Below the pieces are notes generated by a model. That model ran no database searches, was not told the DNA's origin, and worked only from the letters and a program-made list of their open reading frames with translations. A DNA stretch of 64,000 nt from the IMG/VR virus record IMGVR_UViG_3300031758_000006, one strand, 5' to 3'. The stretch comes from a virus. Numbering within the stretch: position 1 is the stretch's first letter; the number at the start of each line of letters is the position of its first letter. A program made the position numbers and the translations under genes. This document shows positions 44,105 through 53,851 of the stretch, in pieces.

Positions 44105-46486
44105 TTACATCATTATTTTTGACACATTATCAACTTTTTTAATTTTTACAATTGTATCAGCCCATTGTCCAACCATTGGGTTATGGGTGATGACAAATAT
44201 TTTTTCAAAGTATTCTTTTATTTTGACAAAAAATTCAGATACCATCTCCAGGTTATCGTTAGATATTTTACCAAATACCTCATCAAACACAACGATATTT
44301 GGTTTTGGTAAACTACATATCTTACTTAAAACGGATCTTAAAGCTAATGAAGCTATTGTTCGTTCATATCCAGACCCAGATACCATTAATTTTTCAATTC
44401 CGGTCCCATTATCAATCATTACAAACTCAACTTCATTTTTATCATTTATTCTAATCTCCAATTTAAAGTATGAACTGTCTTCCATTAATCTTTGTAATTC
44501 TGAATTAATTAATGGCATCATTGTTTTCATAATCATTTTAGACAACCCGTTTTTACCAAAAGCTTCCAGGTACATCTTGTAGATCTTATCCTTTTCCTCT
44601 TCCTCAGATATTTTGATTATAATCTTTGAGTAATTATCAATTTTCTCATCAGATGACTTTATTTGATACTCCTTATTTGTGATTTCTTGGGTTTTAACCT
44701 TTTTATCACCTTCAAGTTGTTCAATTTTAAGGTCAGCTTTTATTATTTGTGTATCAATCTGTTGATTTTCCTTTATTTTATCCTGAACATCGTTCCACCT
44801 ACTAATCTTATCATTTAAGGTTTCAATTTTTAAATCACAACTTTCAACACTTAATTCATACTTTTCTTTGATTAGTTTGTTTTTCTCATATTCATCAAAG
44901 TCTTTTTTAAGTTGTGTGTAGGATTTTTCTTTAACCTCAAGATCTTTCCATTTTTTTGATAGTTTGTCAACTTTAATTTCCCAATCAGATAATTCATCAA
45001 TCTTTTTCTTTGTTAAAGCAGCTTCCATTAATTTGATCCCACAATGTTCACATTGAATCCCGTCACCATACTTTTTAATCAAATTTTCAATTTCTTGTAC
45101 TTTGTTTTGAGAAGATACTAGCTCTCCATTTGTGGTCTTCATTTCATCTTTAATTTCATCGTGTTTATCCTCATGATAAAATTCTTTTGGTTCAACAACA
45201 TTTAATTCAGAGATTTTTACAATAAATCCACTTTTTTGGGTCTTTAATTGTGAGATCTCCTCATCTGTTTTTGTTGGATTCAACATACTAATTTCAGTAT
45301 CTATGGTATGTTTTTTCTTTAACATGTCGTCACGATATTTTCTACCAGTTGTCAATCTATCTTCAATGTCTAATAATTCTGACGACAAAGTTACTATATC
45401 ATTCTTTAATTCGGAAATCTTATTCGAATTATTTTCAATGTCTGTTTTTAACTCCTCAGTATTGTATACGTTTGACATTTTAGACTTACTAAACTCTGAG
45501 TAAATTTCTTTACCAACTTCCTCCTTCCTTTTTAAAAACTCTAAACCCATAAACCTAGATAATACTTGACCTCTAGCTGTTGGTTTTGATTCCAGGAGTT
45601 CCTCCAGGTTAGTAGCGGTAGTCAATATGGTCATTAAAAAATCATCCTTAGTCCCGATAGAATTTTTAATAAAGGTTTCAGTTTCTCTTCTTTGTTCCCC
45701 AGTAAAATTTTGTAATTGACCATCAGAAAGTCTTTTAAAGAAGTCTAGATCGGTTTTTACATTCCAGTCACCCTTTTTTGACATCTTTCTTTCGATTGTA
45801 CGAACGATTAAGTAATCCTCACCATCAATTGTTACCTCACCCTTTACCGTGACTTTATCGTGATTTGTAAACCTATTAAATATCTCCTCAGCTTTTGTTG
45901 TTTTTGTTGTCTCATTAAAAAATAAGAATAACAATAAATCAACTGAAAGTACTGTTTTACCACCAAAATTAGGTGGATCAGACTCGACAACTACAACACC
46001 GTTACATTTGTCAAAATCCATAACCTGGTTTTCACCGTAAGATAGGAAATTTGAAAATTCAATTTTTCTAATGTACCACTTTTTAAATTGTGTGTTATCA
46101 ATTTCTTCCTCCGACATTTTATTTTCAACCATTCTGTTGATTGATATTACATCATCAATATAATCATCATAGTTCTTAGACTCCAAGAATTTTTTCAATA
46201 AATCCAACTGATAATTAACATCAGTAACATTTAAGGATACATCAACCGTTTGTTGGGTGTCGTCCTGTACTGCTTTGGACTTTGTCAACACATTCACATT
46301 TGTTGTGTTATATTTTTTCTGAAAATAATGTTTAACCCCTTTAATTTTATCTTGAGTAAAATTCTCGGGTAAATCTTCCCAAACAACTTGTATTGTTGGG
46401 TTCTCAAACTTTGAAAAATCTAATTCATTTATCATTATATCGTAATTAAATTGTTTTGGTGGATTAAATAGATCCAGTTGTGTCAT
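44105..46486 (-). CDS. SbcC/Rad50/gp46-like ATPase with ~130-aa N-terminal extension
   Basis: IEFSNFLSYG, Walker A NFGGKT, Zn-hook CEHC, SGSGYE, FDEVF, ITH; start reassigned to MTQLD. Confidence 0.9.
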   Translation of the reverse strand: MTQLDLFNPPKQFNYDIMINELDFSKFENPTIQVVWEDLPENFTQDKIKGVKHYFQKKYNTTNVNVLTKSKAVQDDTQQTVDVSLNVTDVNYQLDLLKKFLESKNYDDYIDDVISINRMVENKMSEEEIDNTQFKKWYIRKIEFSNFLSYGENQVMDFDKCNGVVVVESDPPNFGGKTVLSVDLLLFLFFNETTKTTKAEEIFNRFTNHDKVTVKGEVTIDGEDYLIVRTIERKMSKKGDWNVKTDLDFFKRLSDGQLQNFTGEQRRETETFIKNSIGTKDDFLMTILTTATNLEELLESKPTARGQVLSRFMGLEFLKRKEEVGKEIYSEFSKSKMSNVYNTEELKTDIENNSNKISELKNDIVTLSSELLDIEDRLTTGRKYRDDMLKKKHTIDTEISMLNPTKTDEEISQLKTQKSGFIVKISELNVVEPKEFYHEDKHDEIKDEMKTTNGELVSSQNKVQEIENLIKKYGDGIQCEHCGIKLMEAALTKKKIDELSDWEIKVDKLSKKWKDLEVKEKSYTQLKKDFDEYEKNKLIKEKYELSVESCDLKIETLNDKISRWNDVQDKIKENQQIDTQIIKADLKIEQLEGDKKVKTQEITNKEYQIKSSDEKIDNYSKIIIKISEEEEKDKIYKMYLEAFGKNGLSKMIMKTMMPLINSELQRLMEDSSYFKLEIRINDKNEVEFVMIDNGTGIEKLMVSGSGYERTIASLALRSVLSKICSLPKPNIVVFDEVFGKISNDNLEMVSEFFVKIKEYFEKIFVITHNPMVGQWADTIVKIKKVDNVSKIMM

Positions 46487-46817
46487 TTCTATCTTCAATT
46501 GTGAACCCAGCGCTGTCGTGTGTTGGTTCGTTTTCAATAACTTCGATGTCTATTGTTTCGTCGTTATTTGAATCAGTAAAATCCAAATTATTCAACTCAT
46601 CGTTTAGTTTTGTATTTGGAAAAATACCGGAGTCTTCAACCAAACTAAACGGTAAGTCTTTATCACCTAGTTTTACACTTAAATCAGGAGTATTCATACC
46701 ATCCAATCGTTGTTCAAAAAGTTTATCAATTTGTTTTTTCATCATATACTTTTCTTGTTCGATTTTTCTGTTTCTTTTTTCAACTTTTCTTTTGTGTTCT
46801 TTAGCTTTCTTACCCAT
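46464..46817 (-). CDS. Hypothetical protein
   Basis: Basic N-terminus, acidic C-terminus. Confidence 0.7.
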   Translation of the reverse strand: MGKKAKEHKRKVEKRNRKIEQEKYMMKKQIDKLFEQRLDGMNTPDLSVKLGDKDLPFSLVEDSGIFPNTKLNDELNNLDFTDSNNDETIDIEVIENEPTHDSAGFTIEDRNDTTGSI

Positions 46818-46828
46818 TTTATTTATTT

Positions 46829-47209
46829 TTAATCGTTTATTGTTTCGTTGTTATTATTTGTCATTTCCCTCACTGGTCTATTTTCTTCAAACCATTCAAT
46901 GATCGAATTTAAAGCCCAAACTGATCCAGCTGATAACATTCCATCAAAGAATACATAAAAAAATTCATTATGTCCAATAAAATGTGTTACCGGTGAAAAA
47001 AAAGTTAATGATAGAAAAAATCCAACCCAAGTAGAGGTACACAAAACACATTGTATTAGTCCCGATAGGAATTCACCCAGGTACTGAAATGGAGCGTATC
47101 TGTTATTACCCCAATTATGGATTTTGTTTCTTAATCCGTTAAATATTGATCCATACACCAATATTGTTGTCATTCCGTAAGCGGCTAAAATAAAAATAAT
47201 TAATTCCAT
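46829..47209 (-). CDS. DUF1360-like membrane protein
   Basis: TMs with L..CVLCTSTWVG. Confidence 0.65.
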   Translation of the reverse strand: MELIIFILAAYGMTTILVYGSIFNGLRNKIHNWGNNRYAPFQYLGEFLSGLIQCVLCTSTWVGFFLSLTFFSPVTHFIGHNEFFYVFFDGMLSAGSVWALNSIIEWFEENRPVREMTNNNNETIND

Positions 47210-47210
47210 G

Positions 47211-47834
47211 TTATATTTTTTGATTTATATTTGATCCCCTAAGATAAACCGCTATTTTTTTACTTGATTCATCCGTGAGATCTTTGTTTATTTTTTCTAA
47301 TTCTTGAATTTGTTTGTTTTTATCGTTAATTTCCTTTCTTAACTTTTGTAGTGTTTCCTGTAACATCTTTGTTTCCTCGGTATTTTCTTTTGGTGTTTCT
47401 TTTAAAATGTCTAAATTACGTCTAAGTTCATCTAATTGTTCATCTTTTTTAGACATTTCTTCTTTCATTTTAGTTATACTTTCATCTAGTTCATTTTCAG
47501 TTTTTTTGTCGTAAATATATACTATTTTTTCGACAGGAACTTCCACTTTTATCTCTTTAATTACCTCTCTATCTACATATTTGATAACTTCGACTTCCGT
47601 AGGGGGGGTCGGAACTTCCTTTATAACCTCACGATCAACATATTTAATAACTTCAACCTCCTTTACTTCAGTTTGATTACTTTCACCCAGAAAACCGTAT
47701 CTTTCAATATCAAACCCTTGTTTAAAACATTTAAAAACAAACTTATCAACGTCTAAAATATTATTTGTTCCACAATATTTAGATATTGATTCCAGGGTTT
47801 TTTTATCAAATATTTTTGAGAACTTCTGATCCAT
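47211..47834 (-). CDS. Protein with EVIKYVDREVIKE repeats and coiled coil
   Basis: Duplicated 15-aa unit; VEVPVEK. Confidence 0.7.
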   Translation of the reverse strand: MDQKFSKIFDKKTLESISKYCGTNNILDVDKFVFKCFKQGFDIERYGFLGESNQTEVKEVEVIKYVDREVIKEVPTPPTEVEVIKYVDREVIKEIKVEVPVEKIVYIYDKKTENELDESITKMKEEMSKKDEQLDELRRNLDILKETPKENTEETKMLQETLQKLRKEINDKNKQIQELEKINKDLTDESSKKIAVYLRGSNINQKI

Positions 47835-48585
47835 TTTCCAAGTCTTCGTATGATGTTATAAAAAATTTAAGGAATGGTTTAGGATTAAATAGGTCGGTAT
47901 ATGTGTATTCCTTCGTTTCGATGTCGTACATACCAAACCCGTGTCTTCCAATACTTTCACCAATATTGTTTTGGACTGTGGATCCAATCATATACCCTTT
48001 ACCAGTTCCAAACTGAAACTCAGCTCTTTTATGTATGTCGCCACAAAGTACGGTTTCAAGACCATCAAACTTTTCAACATCATAAGCTTCTTCACCAAAC
48101 TCAAATCCAAGGTCTGTTTTTAACCCGGATATTGGTCCGTGAAATAACCCTATTTTAATTCCTTTAGCTTCACTAAGATCTGGTGGGATATTCCCTTGGT
48201 ATTGTGAATAAACACACCAGCTAATATTATCATCCTCATAAACACCCCTATCTTTATAATATACAATATTATCATCTTTAAGTGAGTCAATTATTGGTGT
48301 TAAAGCGTCCAACCTTTCAATGTTATTCACTAAAAAATCGTGATTACCTGGGATAATGATTGTTTTACAAATTTTAGAACACTCCGTTAAAACCCAACTA
48401 ACCATCTCAATTAACTCTGGTGTCATTTGATTTTTGGAGTGGACTAGATCACCGGTAAAAACAATTCTATCTGGGGTTGTTTCACCCCATTGTTTAAACA
48501 TTTCTGTTAAAATTGACCGATATAGATCATGGTCCTTAAATAATCTGATGTGTAAATCAGAAAAGTGTACAAGTTTTTTTATCAT
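47806..48585 (-). CDS. SbcD/Mre11/gp47-like nuclease, short form
   Basis: SDLH, TGDLVH, PGNHD, FHG, GDIH. Confidence 0.88.
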   Translation of the reverse strand: MIKKLVHFSDLHIRLFKDHDLYRSILTEMFKQWGETTPDRIVFTGDLVHSKNQMTPELIEMVSWVLTECSKICKTIIIPGNHDFLVNNIERLDALTPIIDSLKDDNIVYYKDRGVYEDDNISWCVYSQYQGNIPPDLSEAKGIKIGLFHGPISGLKTDLGFEFGEEAYDVEKFDGLETVLCGDIHKRAEFQFGTGKGYMIGSTVQNNIGESIGRHGFGMYDIETKEYTYTDLFNPKPFLKFFITSYEDLENGSEVLKNI

Positions 48586-48830
48586 TACATTACAATTTTT
48601 GGTGGTGCTCCTAAATCATCGTGTCCATCTTCTTTAAATGGGTTTACTGATACAGGTATTGGTTCAAATCTACGAGGAATTATTGTTGATGGGTTTGGGA
48701 AGAAAGGATCAACGTCTTTTACTTCTCTCATTTTTTCTTGAATGGTTTCAATATCACTCTGTTGTATAACTGTCCAACGTCTATTGGTCATAAATCCATC
48801 TAACCATATATAAAATTCTTTGTGTGTCAT
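48585..48830 (-). CDS. Hypothetical protein
   Basis: TAATG-coupled; FYIWLDGF motif. Confidence 0.7.
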   Translation of the reverse strand: MTHKEFYIWLDGFMTNRRWTVIQQSDIETIQEKMREVKDVDPFFPNPSTIIPRRFEPIPVSVNPFKEDGHDDLGAPPKIVM

Positions 48831-48832
48831 AT

Positions 48833-49033
48833 TTAATCCTCCTCAATATTAAAATCATATTCATCTTCATTTTCGATTTTATCCCACTCCAATTCTTGGT
48901 CCCCCCTGAAATCAACTTCTTCGTAAAACTTTTCTTCATCTTCTTCAAAAAGTTTAGCTTCCTCATCTGTTAACTCGGCAGAATACTTACAAATTGTTGT
49001 ATAAGATTCAAACCATACTAATTTTTTTCCCAT
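48833..49033 (-). CDS. Small acidic hypothetical protein
   Basis: Operon-packed ORF. Confidence 0.65.
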   Translation of the reverse strand: MGKKLVWFESYTTICKYSAELTDEEAKLFEEDEEKFYEEVDFRGDQELEWDKIENEDEYDFNIEED

Positions 49034-49039
49034 GTTTTT

Positions 49040-49186
49040 TTAATTTAATTCTCGATTATAAAGGTTTACTAATATTAATCTAGCTAGTTTAAACTCCCTG
49101 GATCTGTTTAATCTCAATCCATATGTCTTAGATATAGTATCTAGATATGGCATAGCTTGGGATATTGTCATTTTACCTATCTCCAT
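49040..49186 (-). CDS. 48-aa hypothetical protein (not in ORF track)
   Basis: MEIGKMTISQAMPYLDTISKTYGLRLNRSREFKLARLILVNLYNRELN; TAATG-coupled. Confidence 0.6.
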   Translation of the reverse strand: MEIGKMTISQAMPYLDTISKTYGLRLNRSREFKLARLILVNLYNRELN

Positions 49187-49401
49187 TAGTCCACAAATAA
49201 TTCAAAGTCTGTATTGACATGACCACAATCATTACACATGTAGGTTGGAAATGGTACTAGGGTGTCTTCTGGACTTCCGGTTAATAATTTAGGTACTTTC
49301 TTTAACATTGTGACTTCTTTAAAGAATTTACTCTCACACTTTTCACATTTAATTGTCTCTTGTTGTCTGAGATCAATCTTTGGTCTTATTATATCATCCA
49401 T
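49186..49401 (-). CDS. Zn-ribbon protein
   Basis: CEKC...CNDCGH. Confidence 0.7.
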   Translation of the reverse strand: MDDIIRPKIDLRQQETIKCEKCESKFFKEVTMLKKVPKLLTGSPEDTLVPFPTYMCNDCGHVNTDFELFVD

Positions 49402-49412
49402 ATTTGTTATTA

Positions 49413-49628
49413 TTACATTTCAATAAACATTATTACCTCATTAATCGGTATTCTTACGTGGGGTATGTTTGTACTGCTCATTGGGTGTTTAACCATAACC
49501 TCATAAAACCCTTCAGGGCAAGCTTTTACTGTTGGTGTATTACTTATTCTTAAAATTTCTTTTGTTTCTTCCATGTCGGAAAAAAGTATGACAAATTTAT
49601 CTGTCGTATTAAAAACTAACTTTTTCAT
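49413..49628 (-). CDS. Hypothetical protein
   Basis: Operon-packed ORF. Confidence 0.65.
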   Translation of the reverse strand: MKKLVFNTTDKFVILFSDMEETKEILRISNTPTVKACPEGFYEVMVKHPMSSTNIPHVRIPINEVIMFIEM

Positions 49629-49630
49629 AT

Positions 49631-49813
49631 CTATTTATTAAAAATTGCTTGGATTACTATTACTATTATTATGAATAACAAGGCCCCAATCCATAATGGG
49701 GAGGTTACCCACCACCAGGACCAATCAATGTGTCCGGTTAATTTTAGAACTAGGAATATTAGGAATAAAATCATATTTAAACTAATACTCCCATTTGTTT
49801 CTTTATTACTCAT
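49631..49813 (-). CDS. Small phage membrane protein
   Basis: LVLKLTGHIDWSWWWVTSPLW motif. Confidence 0.75.
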   Translation of the reverse strand: MSNKETNGSISLNMILFLIFLVLKLTGHIDWSWWWVTSPLWIGALLFIIIVIVIQAIFNK

Positions 49814-50702
49814 GTTTATTTGTTTTACTAATTATATTACTTTTTTTTGACTTTGTCAAATTAGATTTAATATCCATATTAAGGATTAGGTCAATTGTTG
49901 ATTTATCAACCCTATATTCCACATATTTACGGTCCTCGGTTAATCTAACAATGATACACCCAAGTAGTTTTACGTTTTCATACTTTGACCCCTCCAACAT
50001 TTTCAATATTAATTTACCATACAGTGGTAATTGGGTTTTATAGTGTCCAAGTGCGTTGTTTGGTAAATACACAAACGGATATTTCATTGGTTTTGTATAC
50101 CTTTGGGTTAAGAAGTTTTTTTCTTGGTTTGTTTTCCAGTCAGTGATTAATATTCCAATCTCACCCTTAGTACTAACGACCAACCACACCTTATCCGGTT
50201 GTCCTGTATATCCAAGTTCTGGGTGACCAAGTACTATTTCGGTGTCAAGTAAAACACACCCCCTATCTTGTAGTAACTTGATATATTCTTTACCAGCTAT
50301 TATCATTGTGTCACTAACGATTATTTGTTGAGCGTCACAGTCAAATATTGGTTGTCTAACTTCCTTACTAATATTAAATTCTTTTAGGACGTGTTCCTCA
50401 AGGAAATAATGTACCCTGGATCCCATATTTGTTGATTTTCTACCTTTCTCAGCCCACTCATTTAATAATCTTTCAGTTTTGTCTGGATCACCACCGGACA
50501 TTTCATAAGCTTTTTCTTCCGACGGGAACTCATCGTAGAATAACTTCATAACCTTGGATACTGATGGGAAATCAGTTCTTAAATTACCGTCCAGATCAAC
50601 CATTGTATATTTATGTTCTTCTTCTTCAAAGGTCAATTGGAGTTCTTCCCTTTTTTTATTTAGAATTTCTCTAATTTCTTCAGCTATTTTTTCTATTTCC
50701 AT
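49806..50702 (-). CDS. PD-(D/E)XK exonuclease
   Basis: PSVSKV, GTNMG-like MGSRVH, GQPD, ITDWKTN, Y..QL.LY. Confidence 0.82.
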   Translation of the reverse strand: MEIEKIAEEIREILNKKREELQLTFEEEEHKYTMVDLDGNLRTDFPSVSKVMKLFYDEFPSEEKAYEMSGGDPDKTERLLNEWAEKGRKSTNMGSRVHYFLEEHVLKEFNISKEVRQPIFDCDAQQIIVSDTMIIAGKEYIKLLQDRGCVLLDTEIVLGHPELGYTGQPDKVWLVVSTKGEIGILITDWKTNQEKNFLTQRYTKPMKYPFVYLPNNALGHYKTQLPLYGKLILKMLEGSKYENVKLLGCIIVRLTEDRKYVEYRVDKSTIDLILNMDIKSNLTKSKKSNIISKTNKHE

Positions 50703-50704
50703 AT

Positions 50705-51607
50705 TTAATCTTTAATTTGTATAAAGTATTCTTCTATATTACCCCCAAGATCACAAACGTCTTTATCTTGTGGTAACTTCACTATTTTTATCTTTTCGTA
50801 CAGTTTACCTCCGTTTAATTGTCTATATAATTTAACCGCGTTGTTAAAAGCGTCACCATCTAAAGCGATTATCACATTACCTTCAGCTTTTTCGTATATT
50901 TTTTCAAATAATAACTCCGACATGTGTTTACCTAACATGGGTATTGAGTTGTCTAGAAAAAACCCATCGAATACCCCCTCAACCAGGTATATATCTTTTT
51001 TCCAGTCGATTAGTCTCTCGTTGAAGATGATCTTATCTTTTTCAGCTTCTGGGTTCTTATATTTAAATTTAGTTCTTGGGTCCCAACTTCTAGCGATATA
51101 GTAGTTTAAATTTCCCTTTTTATCGTATGACGGGACAATTATTCTACCGGAATGACTACCTTGGTCACAAAAACCAATATTATATTTTTCAATTATTTCA
51201 TCTGTTATCCCCCTATTTTTTAAATAATTGTACGCTTGTCGTCTAACTGGGTATACCGGGTTTGATTCACTAAACTTTGTGTATGATTCGGGTAATACCA
51301 TTTTTTGGTATTTTTTCTTTACTGGAACAATACTCTCCGGTCTTAAAATACCATATAATTTTTTATGGGATTTATTCCCATATTTAGAAAATAACTTGTT
51401 TAATGACCCGTGAGTGTCTTCACTATCACCACAGGACCAGCATTTATATACCCCCGTAATGTAATTTACCTCCAGGTTGTGTTTGTCTCTCCCATCATCA
51501 CAAACAGGACAATTAAACGATATTTGACCTTTGTTTTCATAGTGTAGTCCATAGTCACCAAGAACTTCCATTAATAAATCAACTATAGCTTCTTGTTCAT
51601 CAACCAT
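50705..51607 (-). CDS. DNA primase (Zn-binding domain plus TOPRIM)
   Basis: CPVC..CWSC, YLKNRGI, RIIVP, KYKNP, VEGVFD, LDGDA. Confidence 0.88.
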   Translation of the reverse strand: MVDEQEAIVDLLMEVLGDYGLHYENKGQISFNCPVCDDGRDKHNLEVNYITGVYKCWSCGDSEDTHGSLNKLFSKYGNKSHKKLYGILRPESIVPVKKKYQKMVLPESYTKFSESNPVYPVRRQAYNYLKNRGITDEIIEKYNIGFCDQGSHSGRIIVPSYDKKGNLNYYIARSWDPRTKFKYKNPEAEKDKIIFNERLIDWKKDIYLVEGVFDGFFLDNSIPMLGKHMSELLFEKIYEKAEGNVIIALDGDAFNNAVKLYRQLNGGKLYEKIKIVKLPQDKDVCDLGGNIEEYFIQIKD

Positions 51608-51621
51608 TTTAAAGTTTTTTA

Positions 51622-51653
51622 CAAAAATATATATTTAATTCCAATAAAACAAA
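51622..51653 (-). promoter_or_regulatory. Bacteroidota-type -33/-7 promoter
   Basis: TTTG-N20-TATTTTTG before primase. Confidence 0.7.
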
Positions 51654-51706
51654 ACTTCACAAGTTTTTTCTTATTTCTATATTTATTATAAACACAAATA
51701 GTATTA

Positions 51707-51928
51707 ATGCCAACCAGTATTACATTAACATCAGTTTCAGGTTTATCACCATTTCACATATACGTCTGTGATACCGGTTTTACATCTTGTATTTATGTTA
51801 ATACGGTGACACCAATTGATATTCCATATCAAATAGGTATACCACCATTATTTTCATCACTATCAAATGTTGTCGTAAAAGTAGTCGACACAAATGATTG
51901 TGAAATTAAACAAACCGTTTTAATTTGA
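51707..51928 (+). CDS. Small putative structural protein, paralog of 61354..61656
   Basis: I..+.GL.P..IYVC...C pattern; TATTTAT at 51680-51686. Confidence 0.7.
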   Translation: MPTSITLTSVSGLSPFHIYVCDTGFTSCIYVNTVTPIDIPYQIGIPPLFSSLSNVVVKVVDTNDCEIKQTVLI

Positions 51929-53796
51929 TGTCTGTATCTTGTGGACCATATTGTATATACGTACCTGGTTACCCATATAGTGGGAATTATACTAATGCTG
52001 GTACATATGATACATATTCATACTTAACTGGTAACACAACACCAACATATTACATGTACTATTTAACTGGTGAAACAAAGTGGTGTTTATCAACAGTACT
52101 TGGTGGTTCAATTTGTGATCAATTTGGTCCATTGGGTTCAACTTCATTGTGTCCCGATTTTGATCCATCCTTTTTTAATGGTAGTGGCGTTTGTTTGACA
52201 CCGACACCAACACCGACAGTTAATTGTAGTATTCTTGATTTTGATTCAATATTAAATTGTTTTGTACCTGTTACACCAACACCGACCGCTACCCCAACTG
52301 TCACACCAACAAACACACCAACACCAACAGAGACGGATTTATGTGGTGGTTTTGGTATTAATTTAACAGTTTCCTACATAACCTCGACTCCAACACCAAC
52401 CCCAACACCAACCCCAACAGTTACACCAGAAATTACAAGGCCTTGTAATTTTAATGGTCAGGTAATTTTTAATACTTTAGATGAGTTAATGCGTTGTCCA
52501 AATAGTAGTGAATTTGTTGATTGTTATACGGGTCAAAAATATATCACATCAGAATCTGTATTTTTACCAACTGGGGATATTCTAACAATTGGTACAGTGT
52601 ATAAGATGAACGTTAATAGTGTTTCAGTATGTGCGACATTTACCGGATTGGTTGACAATATAATCGGTGTTGATCAAATTACTATTATATCGGTATTTGG
52701 ACCATCTAGTGAGGGTAATTGTATTGTTTGTGTTCCGGATTCAACACCGACACCGACACCGACAGTTACACAAACAATGACACCAACACCATCAACAACA
52801 CTTCCGGTGTGTCTTGAGTTAATAGTATCTAACACAATACCGTTTGAATCTTCATTCCAATACCACGATTGTATTTCTGGAGAATTAATCACACAATCAA
52901 TCGGTCCAAATGGATCAATAACAATATGTACCAAAAAAGAACCTTCCGGTCCATCTAACATATCTTGGGATCCAACAGGTGTTAACTGTTATCCGACAAC
53001 ACCAACACCGACACCGACAAGGACAATGACACCAACCCCAACAATGACACAAACACAAACCCCAACAATTACTCCTAGTCAAACACCACCACCATGTATG
53101 TTTATGATGACAATTGATACAAGGATAACAAATCCATCGACAAGCCCTGGAAATAGATTTAAATTCCCTAACACACCGGGTTGGGTTGACGTAACCGTTG
53201 AGTGGGGTGATGGTAGTACTGATGTATTTGGTGGTGGGTCACATGTAGCTCATATCTACCCAATTGGTGATATTTACCAATTAAAAATTTACGCGAACCC
53301 TGGTGGGTCTGTGGTTGGTTTAAACTTTGGTGTTGGTAGTAGTGATGAAATAAAAATATTAAGTATCGACTCTTGGTGTGGATTTATACCTACTGAGAAT
53401 GATAACTTACTTGGTGCTGACAATTTGGATATGTCATCAACTATTGGTGTTCCTAATATTCCTCTTGCTATTTCAACTGGAAATATCGGTTCCCTTTGGA
53501 ATATGTTTCAGGGTACTTCAGTTACTAATATTAATAACGTTGGGTCTTGGGACATCTCAGGTCTAGATATTATAGACTGGGGTAACGGTGGTGGTCCTGG
53601 TACTGGTATAAATTTAACACCGACTAATTATAGTTCACTCTTAATAGGTTGGGCTTCTTTAGGTTCCTCATTATCGGTGGGTACATACTTTGATGCTGGT
53701 ACATCACAATATAATAATGTACCGGTAGTTGTAGCTGCTAGAAATTATCTAATCCTAACAAAAGGATGGACAATAATCGATGGTGGGCCAATATAA
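51925..53796 (+). CDS. Putative virion protein: Cys-rich modules, Pro/Thr linkers, PKD-like and DUF285-like C-terminus
   Basis: Several TPTPTPT runs; VEWGDGS..HIYP; MFQGTSVTNINNVGSWDISG. Confidence 0.7.
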   Translation: MMSVSCGPYCIYVPGYPYSGNYTNAGTYDTYSYLTGNTTPTYYMYYLTGETKWCLSTVLGGSICDQFGPLGSTSLCPDFDPSFFNGSGVCLTPTPTPTVNCSILDFDSILNCFVPVTPTPTATPTVTPTNTPTPTETDLCGGFGINLTVSYITSTPTPTPTPTPTVTPEITRPCNFNGQVIFNTLDELMRCPNSSEFVDCYTGQKYITSESVFLPTGDILTIGTVYKMNVNSVSVCATFTGLVDNIIGVDQITIISVFGPSSEGNCIVCVPDSTPTPTPTVTQTMTPTPSTTLPVCLELIVSNTIPFESSFQYHDCISGELITQSIGPNGSITICTKKEPSGPSNISWDPTGVNCYPTTPTPTPTRTMTPTPTMTQTQTPTITPSQTPPPCMFMMTIDTRITNPSTSPGNRFKFPNTPGWVDVTVEWGDGSTDVFGGGSHVAHIYPIGDIYQLKIYANPGGSVVGLNFGVGSSDEIKILSIDSWCGFIPTENDNLLGADNLDMSSTIGVPNIPLAISTGNIGSLWNMFQGTSVTNINNVGSWDISGLDIIDWGNGGGPGTGINLTPTNYSSLLIGWASLGSSLSVGTYFDAGTSQYNNVPVVVAARNYLILTKGWTIIDGGPI

Positions 53797-53798
53797 AA

Positions 53799-53826
53799 AA
53801 AAATATCGTCTAAAAAGACGATATTT
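53799..53826. terminator. Bidirectional terminator between convergent genes
   Basis: AAATATCGTC-TAAAAA-GACGATATTT. Confidence 0.6.
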
Positions 53827-53851
53827 CAAATTATCATTATTTTAGACGATA

